A stretch of 64,000 nucleotides of DNA from Rhodothermales bacterium (GTDB taxonomy: Bacteria > Bacteroidota > Rhodothermia > Rhodothermales > UBA10348): assembly GCA_029249345.1 (NCBI GenBank), contig JAQWHM010000017.1:262456-326455 (forward strand). Reading direction: 5' to 3'. Positions 27,787-37,263 of the stretch are shown piece after piece. Positions within the stretch are counted from its first letter, which is position 1, and each line of letters opens with the position of its first letter. The position numbers were made by a program, and so were the translations under genes. The notes below the pieces were generated by a model. It had not been told where the DNA came from. It did no database searches and was given only the letters and a program-made list of their open reading frames with translations.

Positions 27787-29046
27787 ATGAGCAACTCAAC
27801 TATACTGCGTCGATACAGCAGAGCGTATTCTCTTATATCAAGAGTCGCGACTTTTGCTGTGGCTATCTGTCTTGCGCATTCTGTTGCTTCCGCCCAAGCC
27901 ACTGGCGACTTTAGGTCCAAAAAGAACGGAAAATGGGACCAGAAGCAGACGTGGCAGACCTGGGATGGCACGAAATGGAAAAACGCAACACGGGGTCCCG
28001 CCCGTTCGGATGGAGTGATTACGATCAAAAACCGAGTCGAAGCGAACGTTAGAGGGAATTATGACCAAGTAGTGATTTCGGCAGCCGGCCAACTTACTGT
28101 CACGCAAGGATTCCGCATACGTGATGGACCAGGAATCGATTTACAGGTCTATGGCTCCCTTATTGCGAACCGATCAGTACGCATTAAAGATTTTGCAGAA
28201 GCCGAATTTTATGCTGGATCGACTACGGTAATTGCCCTTTCTCGCAAATTGAGATTTGAAGAGTTATCAAAAGGCGTTTTTGAAAATGGGGCCTTGATAA
28301 CGGTAAACGGCACTTTTCAAGTTGAAGACTTCTCAGAAGTAGACCTCAATTCCGGCGTGTATTTAACCAATCCAGGAAGGGTCTTTGTAAGAGATGACGC
28401 AGTTCTTACCGTCTCAGAAAGCACCATACTCAATCAAAACAAGATTGATGTATGGCAATCATCGTCGCTTATCTTTGAAAACGGTGGAAAATATATTCAT
28501 GATCTAAATGGGAGCAAGTTTCCTTTATCGGTAAACACGATTTGGAACGATGGATCTGAAGCACAGGTAATCGGGGTTACGAACACCCTACCCACGAATT
28601 TAGACGACACGTATGATTCCTTCATTTGGAACAGCAGCTCTCAAACAGCTGATCTTGATGTCAATTCCGTGCCTGTTGCGATAAATGGTGATTTAAGTGT
28701 GCTTTCAACGGGGGCCGGGTCTCTGACATGGGCCGGTACGGGTGGGGCGCTTTCAGTGGGTGGTAACTTCGTGCAGACTAACGGGGACTTTCGCTTTGTT
28801 GACGCAGGAGCCGGAACGATGACGGTTGCAGGAGACTTTGAGGTATCTGGAGGAACTTTTGATATTGTAAAAACCTCTGGAAATCCCATTCTGGACGTTA
28901 ATGGCGACTTTACCGTTACCGGTACGTTTACAGAGTCAGGCTCTGGATTTGGCACCGTTTTGCTCTCTGGATGCTCTGAGCGATGTGCTTCCACGGCGCT
29001 CAGATGTCATCCTGATGAAAGTGGCCGAAGCATTAGATCCAGCTAG
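27787..29046 (+). CDS. secreted beta-helix/adhesin-like repeat protein, possibly 3'-truncated
   Basis: Signal peptide (FAVAICLAHSVASAQA), then repeated G-x-F/L-x-V-x-G style segments (GGNFVQTNGDFRF, VAGDFEVSGGTFDI, VNGDFTVTGTFTE). No recognisable C-terminal sorting domain. The last 24 aa are compositionally aberrant. Confidence 0.6.
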   Translation: MSNSTILRRYSRAYSLISRVATFAVAICLAHSVASAQATGDFRSKKNGKWDQKQTWQTWDGTKWKNATRGPARSDGVITIKNRVEANVRGNYDQVVISAAGQLTVTQGFRIRDGPGIDLQVYGSLIANRSVRIKDFAEAEFYAGSTTVIALSRKLRFEELSKGVFENGALITVNGTFQVEDFSEVDLNSGVYLTNPGRVFVRDDAVLTVSESTILNQNKIDVWQSSSLIFENGGKYIHDLNGSKFPLSVNTIWNDGSEAQVIGVTNTLPTNLDDTYDSFIWNSSSQTADLDVNSVPVAINGDLSVLSTGAGSLTWAGTGGALSVGGNFVQTNGDFRFVDAGAGTMTVAGDFEVSGGTFDIVKTSGNPILDVNGDFTVTGTFTESGSGFGTVLLSGCSERCASTALRCHPDESGRSIRSS

Positions 29047-29137
29047 GCTATACGTAGTGCATAGTCTAAAAGACAGCCTGAGTACATTTGTAGGCCGCGA
29101 AGCCTGGTTTTCTACTCTTTATTCTGACAAACCCTAG
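29015..29137 (+). pseudogene. detached 5' segment of the pullulanase reading frame, ending at in-frame TAG
   Basis: ATG 29015 opens MKVAEALDPARLYVVHSLKDSLSTFVGREAWFSTLYSDKP, which stops at TAG 29135-29137. It is in the same frame as the GH13 ORF; the sequence immediately after the TAG (GAIVSDDGADTVFRLFAPRASGV) is pullulanase N-domain-like. Confidence 0.5.
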
Positions 29138-29203
29138 GGCGCCATCGTCTCCGACGATGGCGCGGATACCGTTTTCAGGCTATTCGCGCCGCGCGCGTCT
29201 GGT

Positions 29204-31138
29204 GTGACACTTCATTTGTTCTTATCTGCGGATCAACCTGTTACTACGCAGGAAAAATCCGTAAACATGATGCGTGATATCAACGGCGTATGGGAAGCTA
29301 CACAGTCCGGAGATCACCACGGTGTATTTTACACCTACACGATTGAAGGACCAGACGAACCGGGAAATCTGTTTTTTGACACACACCCCGAGCATATATC
29401 CGATCCCTACGCGTTGGTAAGCGACGACTCTTTTGGTAAGGCGATGGTATACAAACCAACTCCTGCACCCAAGCCCCTGAAAAACGGTCGCCCAGATTTC
29501 GAAGATATCATCGCTTATGAGGTACACGTTCAGGACTTCACAGACGAATTACCTGTGGCTAGGAATAAGAAAGGCACCTTCAGCGCCATGATTACCCCGG
29601 GTCTTTCCAATGAAAACAATGCACCCATAGGTTTTGATCACTTAACGTCCCTAGGCATCAACACTGTGCACTTAATGCCAGTTCAGGAGTTTCTGCACTA
29701 TCCGGATTCACTTTGGCAAGCTGCTTTTTCGGAAGATGCGTATATGATTGAGCAGGGTATATCCGAGGAGAATTATCAGTGGGGATACAGGACGACGCAC
29801 GCCTTTGCCGTGGAATCACGATACCGCACGCTAGGATCGCCGATCGGAGCCGAGCGCGAACAATTCAAAGCGCTCGTAGAAGCTTTTCACGCGGAAGACA
29901 TGGCGGTAATTATTGACGTAGTGCCAAATCATACCGGGGAAAACATGGATGGGCGAAATTTCCTGTTCAATTTCAATGCCATCGATAAGCCATATTATTA
30001 CCGCACCAATTCCAAGTTGGAGCACATTGGGCCCTATGGAAATGAGATCAAATCTGAATATCGCCCCATGGTTCAGCGCTGGATTTTGGACCAATTACAA
30101 CATTTCGTCGATGTGTTCGGTGTTGACGGGTTCAGGATCGACTTGGCTGGCCAAATTGACGAACAAACGCTGATTTGGCTCAAAAACGAGCTCCCTGAAG
30201 ATCTGATTATTTACGGAGAGGCATGGATCGCCCCATCCGATCCTACAGTGGCCAATGATCCCGATCTTGGTTGGTATAAGGCAGATGCCCCCATCCCATT
30301 TTTTCAAGATGATGCAAGAAATGCCTTTAAAGGCACTGTTTGGGAACTGAACAATCCAGCTATCGATCGCGGTTTTGCCGGAGGTAACGGGGAAGAGCGA
30401 GAAGCCGCCATGCGGGGTCTAGCCAATGACTACTCTGAGGAGCCGACGCCCAATCACGGAATCAACTATCTAGATATCCATGATAACTGGGCCCTTGCCG
30501 ATCAGTTTTCGGACGTGGATTGGGATGGACGTAGGCATGTAGACGAAGGTCAATTTAAGATTGCTGCCACCCTCCTATTCACCTCTCTTGGGCCCATCGT
30601 ACTGCACGGTGGAACAGAAATGATGCGTTCTAAGGGTCACTCCCCACTGGAAGAGATTGAAAAACAAGTAGCCTCGGGTACCATCTATATCCACGGCAAG
30701 CGCGACACTTACAATCTTAGAAAGGCCAATGCTTTCCTTTGGGAGCAAGCTGGAGCATTAGCTACAGAAGATCGCCCAATGAATTACGCCCAAATGACGG
30801 ATTTCTGGCGGGGCCTCATCGCGTTGAGATCTAGTTCTATCGGCGACGTGTTTACAATCGGTCATCAAGTTCCAGAGGGATATTTCAAGTGGATTCTTCC
30901 CGAGAATAACCAGTTGCTGGGATACACTGTAGACGAAAAGGTCCTCGTTCTGGTCAATACGGCCGACGATGCGGCCGATTTTAAAATGGATAATGCTCTT
31001 CCTGAGGGGTATTGGATCCAGGTATCGGACGGATCTGATGTGAACATCGATGGATGCGACTGTGGCACCGACTTCGAGTCGCCCATCCAAACGATACGAA
31101 TTCCTGCCAAAACGGCGCAGATCTGGAAGCGTCGCTAG
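29204..31138 (+). CDS. type I pullulanase-like glycoside hydrolase family 13 enzyme (5' end interrupted)
   Basis: GH13 regions: DVVPNHTG, GVDGFRIDLAGQ, IIYGEAW, YLDIHDNW. The longest ORF starts at GTG inside the conserved FRLFAPRASGVTLHLF strand, so the native start must lie upstream, beyond the TAG at 29135. Confidence 0.85.
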   Translation: MTLHLFLSADQPVTTQEKSVNMMRDINGVWEATQSGDHHGVFYTYTIEGPDEPGNLFFDTHPEHISDPYALVSDDSFGKAMVYKPTPAPKPLKNGRPDFEDIIAYEVHVQDFTDELPVARNKKGTFSAMITPGLSNENNAPIGFDHLTSLGINTVHLMPVQEFLHYPDSLWQAAFSEDAYMIEQGISEENYQWGYRTTHAFAVESRYRTLGSPIGAEREQFKALVEAFHAEDMAVIIDVVPNHTGENMDGRNFLFNFNAIDKPYYYRTNSKLEHIGPYGNEIKSEYRPMVQRWILDQLQHFVDVFGVDGFRIDLAGQIDEQTLIWLKNELPEDLIIYGEAWIAPSDPTVANDPDLGWYKADAPIPFFQDDARNAFKGTVWELNNPAIDRGFAGGNGEEREAAMRGLANDYSEEPTPNHGINYLDIHDNWALADQFSDVDWDGRRHVDEGQFKIAATLLFTSLGPIVLHGGTEMMRSKGHSPLEEIEKQVASGTIYIHGKRDTYNLRKANAFLWEQAGALATEDRPMNYAQMTDFWRGLIALRSSSIGDVFTIGHQVPEGYFKWILPENNQLLGYTVDEKVLVLVNTADDAADFKMDNALPEGYWIQVSDGSDVNIDGCDCGTDFESPIQTIRIPAKTAQIWKRR

Positions 31139-31156
31139 CTATTATTGCGCAAATAG

Positions 31157-31618
31157 CTATTGCGCTGCTAACTCAGTCCCCTCAAACGCGTCGCCGTTAA
31201 TCGTAAAGGAATACGCGATCTGAGCCGATTTCTCAAGGGTCCGGGCTACCGAACAATATTTTCCAATGCTTAAATCAATCGCTCGTCTAACTCGGGCCTC
31301 CTCTAAGTCTCCTTTGAAATGAAAGGTGACGTCGATTTGATTAAAAATGGATGGTGAAACGCCATCAGGCTTCCATCCACTAACCTCAATATTGAACTCA
31401 TCAATATTCTGGCGGCCTTTTTTCAAAATAGATACAACGTCTACGCCGCTACATCCGCCAATGGCCATCACTAAGAGCTGCATGGGTCCGACCCCATTCC
31501 CCTTACCATCATCATAGGCAGTAGCATCGTCGATATCGATAAAAAGGCCATCCTTATTGAAGGCTCGAAAGTGAAAATCGGCTTCCTGCTTTTTCAGTGT
31601 TACTGCTACGCGTCCCAT
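31157..31618 (-). CDS. OsmC/Ohr family protein
   Basis: 153 aa with GPMQLLVMAIGGCSGVDV and GKYCSVARTL, the two-Cys pattern of the OsmC family. Confidence 0.8.
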   Translation of the reverse strand: MGRVAVTLKKQEADFHFRAFNKDGLFIDIDDATAYDDGKGNGVGPMQLLVMAIGGCSGVDVVSILKKGRQNIDEFNIEVSGWKPDGVSPSIFNQIDVTFHFKGDLEEARVRRAIDLSIGKYCSVARTLEKSAQIAYSFTINGDAFEGTELAAQ

Positions 31619-31624
31619 TGATCT

Positions 31625-32431
31625 CTACGTGTTGTTTTCGCCAGCGGGATCTCCCCACTTCCAGTTTTCCAAACCCTCAAGTGCACTGTACGCAGTGAGG
31701 TCGTGTTGTATAGGTGTAATGGACACCCAACCATTATCAACGGCCCACAAGTCTGTGTTTTCACCTGAATCCAGGTTAACAAACTTTCCAGAGAGCCAGT
31801 AATAGGGCCGATCAAATGGATCCATGCGCTCAGCAAAGGACTCTTCCCATTTAGACCGTGCCTGGCGCGTAATCATACAGCCTTTGATGTCCGCAAGAGG
31901 TAAGTCAGGAATATTGACGTTGAGCAATATCCCCGGCTGAAGTCCTCCCTCGAGAACACGTTTTGCGACGGATCGAGCCATTCTACCTGATGCCTCAAAA
32001 TCACCACCCGAGCCCCACTTGCAATACGAAAAAGCAATGGCTGGAATGCCCAGAATAGCCGCTTCCGTGGCAGCACTGACCGTTCCCGAATAGATTACAT
32101 TTACGGCCGTATTAGGTCCGTGATTAATGCCTGAGACTACCAAATCGGGCTGTCGAGGTACGAGTTTGTCCATAGCCAACTTTACGCAGTCTGCCGGGGT
32201 GCCAGAGACAGCATAAGCAGTAACATGACCAGATGGCCCCCTAAATGGCCAAGGACGAGCGCGAACAGGATCTCGCATCGTGATGGCATGTCCCACAGCA
32301 CTTTGTTCGTGCAAGGGAGCAGCAACAACGATATCGCCTAGTCCATCCATGGCAGCAACCAGAGACAAAATCCCCGGGGCCTCAATTCCATCATCGTTGC
32401 TGATAAGAATCAGCGGTCGTTCTTTTTTCAT
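31625..32431 (-). CDS. surE: 5'/3'-nucleotidase SurE
   Basis: ILISNDDGIEAPGI, SGINHGPN and YSGTVSAATEAA motifs. Confidence 0.93.
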   Translation of the reverse strand: MKKERPLILISNDDGIEAPGILSLVAAMDGLGDIVVAAPLHEQSAVGHAITMRDPVRARPWPFRGPSGHVTAYAVSGTPADCVKLAMDKLVPRQPDLVVSGINHGPNTAVNVIYSGTVSAATEAAILGIPAIAFSYCKWGSGGDFEASGRMARSVAKRVLEGGLQPGILLNVNIPDLPLADIKGCMITRQARSKWEESFAERMDPFDRPYYWLSGKFVNLDSGENTDLWAVDNGWVSITPIQHDLTAYSALEGLENWKWGDPAGENNT

Positions 32432-32446
32432 AGTCCGATTTCGGAT

Positions 32447-33271
32447 TCAATAGCTTTCTTCATCTGTTGGAAACGATCGCGACCTTACATCTGAGATATA
32501 ATTTTGAACCATACCTGCGATCTGCGAATCAAGATGTCCGTAGCGTCTGACAAACCTTGGATTGAAGTCCGTGGTCAGACCCAACGCATCATGCGTAACA
32601 AGAACCTGCCCGTCACAATGACTTCCTGCACCGATACCTATCGTTGGAATAGAAAGCGACTTAGACACTTCTGCGGCTAACTCTTGAGGGATTTTTTCGA
32701 GTACAATTCCAAAGCAGCCGGCTTCTTGTAGTAAGAGCGCATCCGCCTTTAACTGTTCGGCCTCCTCCTCTTCTTTGGCTCTCACCTGGTACCCTCCAAA
32801 TCGATAGATCGATTGAGGGGTAAGCCCTAAGTGTCCCATCACTGGTATTCCTGCTTCGATCAAACGCTCGACCGTAGAAACGATTGGCTTTCCGCCTTCA
32901 AGCTTGACGGAATGGGCGCCGGACTCTTTCATTACCCGAATAGCCGAAACTAATGCTTCTCGAGAATTCCCTTGATAAGAGCCAAACGGCAGATCAACTA
33001 CTACAAGTGCACGGTCTACACCCCGAACCACACATTGAGCATGATAAATCATGTGATCCAGTGTGATCGGAAGTGTCGTTTCAAAGCCAGCCATCACATT
33101 AGAGGCTGAATCACCAACTAGAATTACATCGATGCCTGCTCCGTCCAGAATGCGAGCCGACGTGTAATCGTAAGCAGTCAGCATGGCAATGGGAATGCCA
33201 GACTGTTTCATTTCCTGTAGGGTACGGGTAGTTACCTTCGGAGAATCCAAAGGGGACGGGTGAATACTCAT
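32447..33271 (-). CDS. panB: 3-methyl-2-oxobutanoate hydroxymethyltransferase
   Basis: [26 protein letters not shown] and GHLGLTPQS motifs. Confidence 0.95.
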   Translation of the reverse strand: MSIHPSPLDSPKVTTRTLQEMKQSGIPIAMLTAYDYTSARILDGAGIDVILVGDSASNVMAGFETTLPITLDHMIYHAQCVVRGVDRALVVVDLPFGSYQGNSREALVSAIRVMKESGAHSVKLEGGKPIVSTVERLIEAGIPVMGHLGLTPQSIYRFGGYQVRAKEEEEAEQLKADALLLQEAGCFGIVLEKIPQELAAEVSKSLSIPTIGIGAGSHCDGQVLVTHDALGLTTDFNPRFVRRYGHLDSQIAGMVQNYISDVRSRSFPTDEESY

Positions 33272-33314
33272 GGAGTGTGTCCAATGGTGACGGTGCTGAA
33301 CCGAGAATATAAAG

Positions 33315-33352
33315 AAAGGCGGGGGGCCTGCGGCCCCCCGCCTTTAATTTTT
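33315..33352 (-). terminator. GC-rich intrinsic terminator hairpin downstream of the skp genes
   Basis: Perfect 14-bp palindrome AAAGGCGGGGGGCC-TGC-GGCCCCCCGCCTTT with T-rich flanks on both strands. It sits between the skp 3' end (33417) and the panB start (33271). Confidence 0.75.
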
Positions 33353-33416
33353 CTGATCAAAGATGACCGACAATGCGGATTATCCCTTTTGGGCTTCGCC
33401 TTATCGGTCTGCAGAT

Positions 33417-33956
33417 TTAATTCTGTGTCTCTTCTTCGATCTCAATACCCAACTTCTTAGCAATATCAATGTTGATATTAGCAACGCGTTCGGAATTGAC
33501 ATAAAGCAATGCAGGAGAGCGTATTACAACGTCTAATCCTTTCTCCACGGAGATCGCATCGATGGCCTCCTGAACACGTTCGAGCAGAGGAGCCATTAAC
33601 TCTTCCTGACGCTGAGTAAGCTCTTCATCTTTGCGAGCGGCTGAGTCCTGAATTTCAGCTTGAAGCTGAGCAAGCTCACCTTCTCGTTCTGCCTGGCGTT
33701 CGGCAGACAGAAGAGGCTGCTGTTTCTGGTACTTATCGACGCGCTCCTGAAAGTCTGCGGCAAGTGCCTGAAGGGCTTCCTGACTCGTGCGGTACTCAAT
33801 CGCCATCTGGTTCTGAACCTGAGCGTACTCAGGCATATACGTGATGATGATTTCTGGATCAGCGTATCCAATCTGCAAACCCTGTGCCTGTACGCTCGTG
33901 CCTGCGAGAGTAACGGTCAGAAGAATCAAAAGGATACTGGAAATGCGATGTTTCAT
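33417..33956 (-). CDS. OmpH/Skp family periplasmic chaperone
   Basis: Signal peptide, IGYADPEII, and a long Q/E/A-rich coiled-coil arm; downstream of bamA. Confidence 0.85.
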   Translation of the reverse strand: MKHRISSILLILLTVTLAGTSVQAQGLQIGYADPEIIITYMPEYAQVQNQMAIEYRTSQEALQALAADFQERVDKYQKQQPLLSAERQAEREGELAQLQAEIQDSAARKDEELTQRQEELMAPLLERVQEAIDAISVEKGLDVVIRSPALLYVNSERVANINIDIAKKLGIEIEEETQN

Positions 33957-34024
33957 AGTAATGTTTTATGCGCAGTTAAGATGAAGTAGCGAATACTGCT
34001 ACCCAGATGCGTTTAGTTGCTGTT

Positions 34025-34579
34025 CTATCTCTGACCAACCGTACTATCAACGTCTATGCCAAGTTCTCTCAGCACGAGGTCCGATACGTCAAATTGATCT
34101 CGTCTAAACATGAAAAGGAAGTCGCCAGCGGCGTCGAATATAAAATCGAAACCCTCTGAATCCGCAACTTCATTAATTGCTTGTAGAATCTTCTCCTGAA
34201 TGGGACGCATGAGCTTTTCCTGCTCCAGAAAAATATCTCCGTCAGGTCCAAAATACTTTACTCTCAATCGCTCCAAGTCTTCTTCAGCCCGCACAATATC
34301 CTGGCGGCGTCGCTGACGCTCTTCATTGGTGTAAAGCAACTCTCTGGCCTGATAATCGCGGAATTGCTCATCAAGATCCGATTTCAGCTCGTCCAATTCC
34401 TTTTGCCAGTCTTGAGCCATACGATCCAACTGCTGCTGGATCGTTGCATAGTCGGGCAAGGCCTGCAAAATGAAATCTGAATCCACATATCCAATCTTTT
34501 GCTGTGCGGTAGCAGGCGCTACTAGAGCGATAGAAAGGAGAACAAAAGTAATCGCGGAAAGGAATCTCTTTTTGATCAT
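34025..34579 (-). CDS. OmpH/Skp family periplasmic chaperone (second copy)
   Basis: Signal peptide, KIGYVDSDFIL and a coiled-coil arm; directly downstream of bamA. Confidence 0.85.
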   Translation of the reverse strand: MIKKRFLSAITFVLLSIALVAPATAQQKIGYVDSDFILQALPDYATIQQQLDRMAQDWQKELDELKSDLDEQFRDYQARELLYTNEERQRRRQDIVRAEEDLERLRVKYFGPDGDIFLEQEKLMRPIQEKILQAINEVADSEGFDFIFDAAGDFLFMFRRDQFDVSDLVLRELGIDVDSTVGQR

Positions 34580-34647
34580 GGGAGGAGCCTTTAAAAAGGC
34601 AATCTGATTGGCAGACTAGTGTACAGTATCGTGGACTCTATAGGCTG

Positions 34648-37131
34648 CTACTGTCCGAATCCTTGTCCTAAACTGAACTGAAAGGTCCATTTCTTGGAGC
34701 CATCGTGCTTATTGTTGATAGGCTCAAAGGTATCAAAGTTGTATCCGTAAGCCATCTCGACCATCCCCAAGATGGGTAGGAAAAATCGCATACCAAATCC
34801 AGCTGAGCGGTAAACATCCGTGGGATTATAACTACTAAAGCTGTTCCATGCGTTCGCAGCATCAATAAATGCGTACGGCGCAGCTTGTAACTGCTCAGAC
34901 TGAATAGCCATGTACTTCAATTCTGCCGTGTATTTGTTCAGCACCTTTCCTCCAAAGGGATCATTGTCCGCGCTTCTTGGCCCCAATGCGCCCAGCGGAT
35001 ACCCGCGGAGATAGACAATGTCTTTACCAAAGAAGGAATAGAATCCCTGCGTTTCAAATGGAGATCCACCGACGATGAAACGCTCAAATGCGACATCACG
35101 ACTATCTAACGATCCGATGAAGCCAAAGTCGGAGGATAATCCGATAGACAACTTCTGTGTAATGGGAGTATGCCACGTATTGGACAAACGCCATTTATGG
35201 TATTGAATTAAATCACCCAGCGGAGGGGCAACTTCTAGAGAGAGGGAAAACTTAGAACCGGCACTCGGGAATAGAGGATGATTAAGCTTGTTCCTAGTGA
35301 GCGCCTGGCGAATCGTAATCTCTTGGCTTACTCCATATGGAAGCGTCGAAATCCATTGTCTATTGTCGTAAAATTGATATCCAAGGCTCGTTGAAGAGCT
35401 AAACCATGGATCAGGACGCTTTAAACGCTGCTCAAAAAAGACGCGTTGCGAAAAGGTAAGAAGCTCTCCGCCTCTGTCATCGATAACCGTAAGCCCAGAA
35501 ATTCTAGAGAATGAGGTCGAAAACCCGACAGGCCTCGGCTTTCCTTTAAACCAGGGTTCTGTGTAGGAAAGTGAATACTGCTGATACCGACGCCCATTTG
35601 TTTGAATCCCAACTGAGAAACGTTGACCGTCACCGGCGGGAAGTGGCTTCCAAGCATCCCCTTTCAGCATATTTTGGGCGGAAAAGTTGTTGAAGTTGAA
35701 TCTCAACATCAAAATAAGTCCAAACCTTCCCCACGTACCGGATAGCTCAAGCTGATCCGTGCCCGTCTCCTCTAGATTATACTTGAGGTCGACTGATTTG
35801 CTTTCTTCACGTACATCGATTCCCGGACCACCAGCAAGAGACTCCTGTGTAAAATAGTTAAGCCCAATCAGGCGGCGAATAGACTCCTGAATCTGGCTAC
35901 GACTAAACGTTCGGCCAGGAACCGTGGTCAGTTCACGACGAACTACATGATCCTTCGTCTTTGTGTTACCGGCAATTTCGACGGTGCCAATCTTGTAGAC
36001 ATCACCCTCGAAGACCTCGAACTTCAGGTCCAGAGAATCTCCATCGACCACGATTTGAGGTTCTACGCCAAAGCGCATATAGCCAGAATTGTAATAGAGA
36101 CTCGATACGTCTGTGTCTTTACCTGCTCCGTACAGATTTTCCTGAAGCTGCGTGCTGTTGTACAAGCTTCCTTTCTCGAACCCTAGACGGGCGTTCAGCA
36201 AATCATCATCAAAAAGGGTGTTTCCTTCCCAAGAAACATCCCGAATATGGTATTCAGGACCTTCTCGGAGGTCGATCTCGACGACTAGGTATGGTTTGCC
36301 TTCTTCTTGACCCGCGATATAAACCGAATCTCGAAGGACTTGAGCGTCATAGTAGCCTTTCTCATTGTAACGAGCTAGAATGCGGCCCATATCTTGATCA
36401 TACTCGGACTGATCCAGCTTACCACTACGCCAGAATCTCCACCCATGCTTGGGTTTGGTTTTCATGGCTTTAATTACAGAGGCGTCATCAAAGCCTTCAT
36501 TTCCAGTAATGACGATGCTTTTCACACGGACTTTCTGTCCGCGATCTACGTTAAACGTCAGAGAGACCGTATTGTCGTCGTGTTCTATTGTTTCGACTTC
36601 CACTTCGGCCAGAGGCTGCCCTTTTTCCGCATAATACTCCTTGATAATCTGGACGGACCGAGCAATTGAATTCTCGTGTACCGGTCCCCTAGTAATCAGC
36701 GGGACTTCTTTCTGTAAGTCTTTTGTGTGCCCTTTTTTTACACCGGAAAACGTGTACTCTCGAAGTTTAGACACTTCTCGAACTCGAATAACGAGGTAAA
36801 TGCCGGTCCCTACTTTTCTTTCCTGCAGGATCTGCACATCTTCATATGTGCGTAGGCGATAAATCGACCGAATGGCGTCTCCTAAAACAGGATCGCCAGG
36901 AATAGTGAGCTTTTGACCAATCTGGAGACGACTGGTTTGCTGGATGAAGCTATTGGAATAATCATCGGTCGTTCCTTCTACGGAGATACCGAGAATTTCT
37001 ACAATTTCTGGGTTTACACCTATCCCACCGACGCTAGAAGCGGGCGATCCGGGTACCTGACCTTGTACGTGTCCAACAACAAAGACCAGCACGAGGCTGA
37101 ATAAAGCGGCTCTAAAACTCATGAAATGCAT
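34648..37131 (-). CDS. bamA: outer membrane protein assembly factor BamA
   Basis: 827 aa with signal peptide, five POTRA-like repeats and a C-terminal barrel ending FQFSLGQGFGQ; uppS-bamA-skp synteny. Alternative start MSFRAA at 37122. Confidence 0.93.
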   Translation of the reverse strand: MHFMSFRAALFSLVLVFVVGHVQGQVPGSPASSVGGIGVNPEIVEILGISVEGTTDDYSNSFIQQTSRLQIGQKLTIPGDPVLGDAIRSIYRLRTYEDVQILQERKVGTGIYLVIRVREVSKLREYTFSGVKKGHTKDLQKEVPLITRGPVHENSIARSVQIIKEYYAEKGQPLAEVEVETIEHDDNTVSLTFNVDRGQKVRVKSIVITGNEGFDDASVIKAMKTKPKHGWRFWRSGKLDQSEYDQDMGRILARYNEKGYYDAQVLRDSVYIAGQEEGKPYLVVEIDLREGPEYHIRDVSWEGNTLFDDDLLNARLGFEKGSLYNSTQLQENLYGAGKDTDVSSLYYNSGYMRFGVEPQIVVDGDSLDLKFEVFEGDVYKIGTVEIAGNTKTKDHVVRRELTTVPGRTFSRSQIQESIRRLIGLNYFTQESLAGGPGIDVREESKSVDLKYNLEETGTDQLELSGTWGRFGLILMLRFNFNNFSAQNMLKGDAWKPLPAGDGQRFSVGIQTNGRRYQQYSLSYTEPWFKGKPRPVGFSTSFSRISGLTVIDDRGGELLTFSQRVFFEQRLKRPDPWFSSSTSLGYQFYDNRQWISTLPYGVSQEITIRQALTRNKLNHPLFPSAGSKFSLSLEVAPPLGDLIQYHKWRLSNTWHTPITQKLSIGLSSDFGFIGSLDSRDVAFERFIVGGSPFETQGFYSFFGKDIVYLRGYPLGALGPRSADNDPFGGKVLNKYTAELKYMAIQSEQLQAAPYAFIDAANAWNSFSSYNPTDVYRSAGFGMRFFLPILGMVEMAYGYNFDTFEPINNKHDGSKKWTFQFSLGQGFGQ

Positions 37132-37263
37132 TTTTTATCAGAAGACAGAGCGATACTCGCCCCATAGAAGCGCATGAACGGTAATCTACCGCTTGGTGTT
37201 TCCCTCCTCGCGATCAATACTACATGCCCTGAAAACGTACCAAGGGATCCTTTATTGCACATA

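Noticed and set aside
29135-29137. TAG reassignment or genome-wide stop-codon recoding as the explanation for the in-frame amber codon
   Set aside because: Several well-defined genes in this window terminate at TAG (exbB 3849-3851, exbD 4258-4260, nadK 6780-6782, folD 27564-27566), so TAG functions as a stop in this organism.
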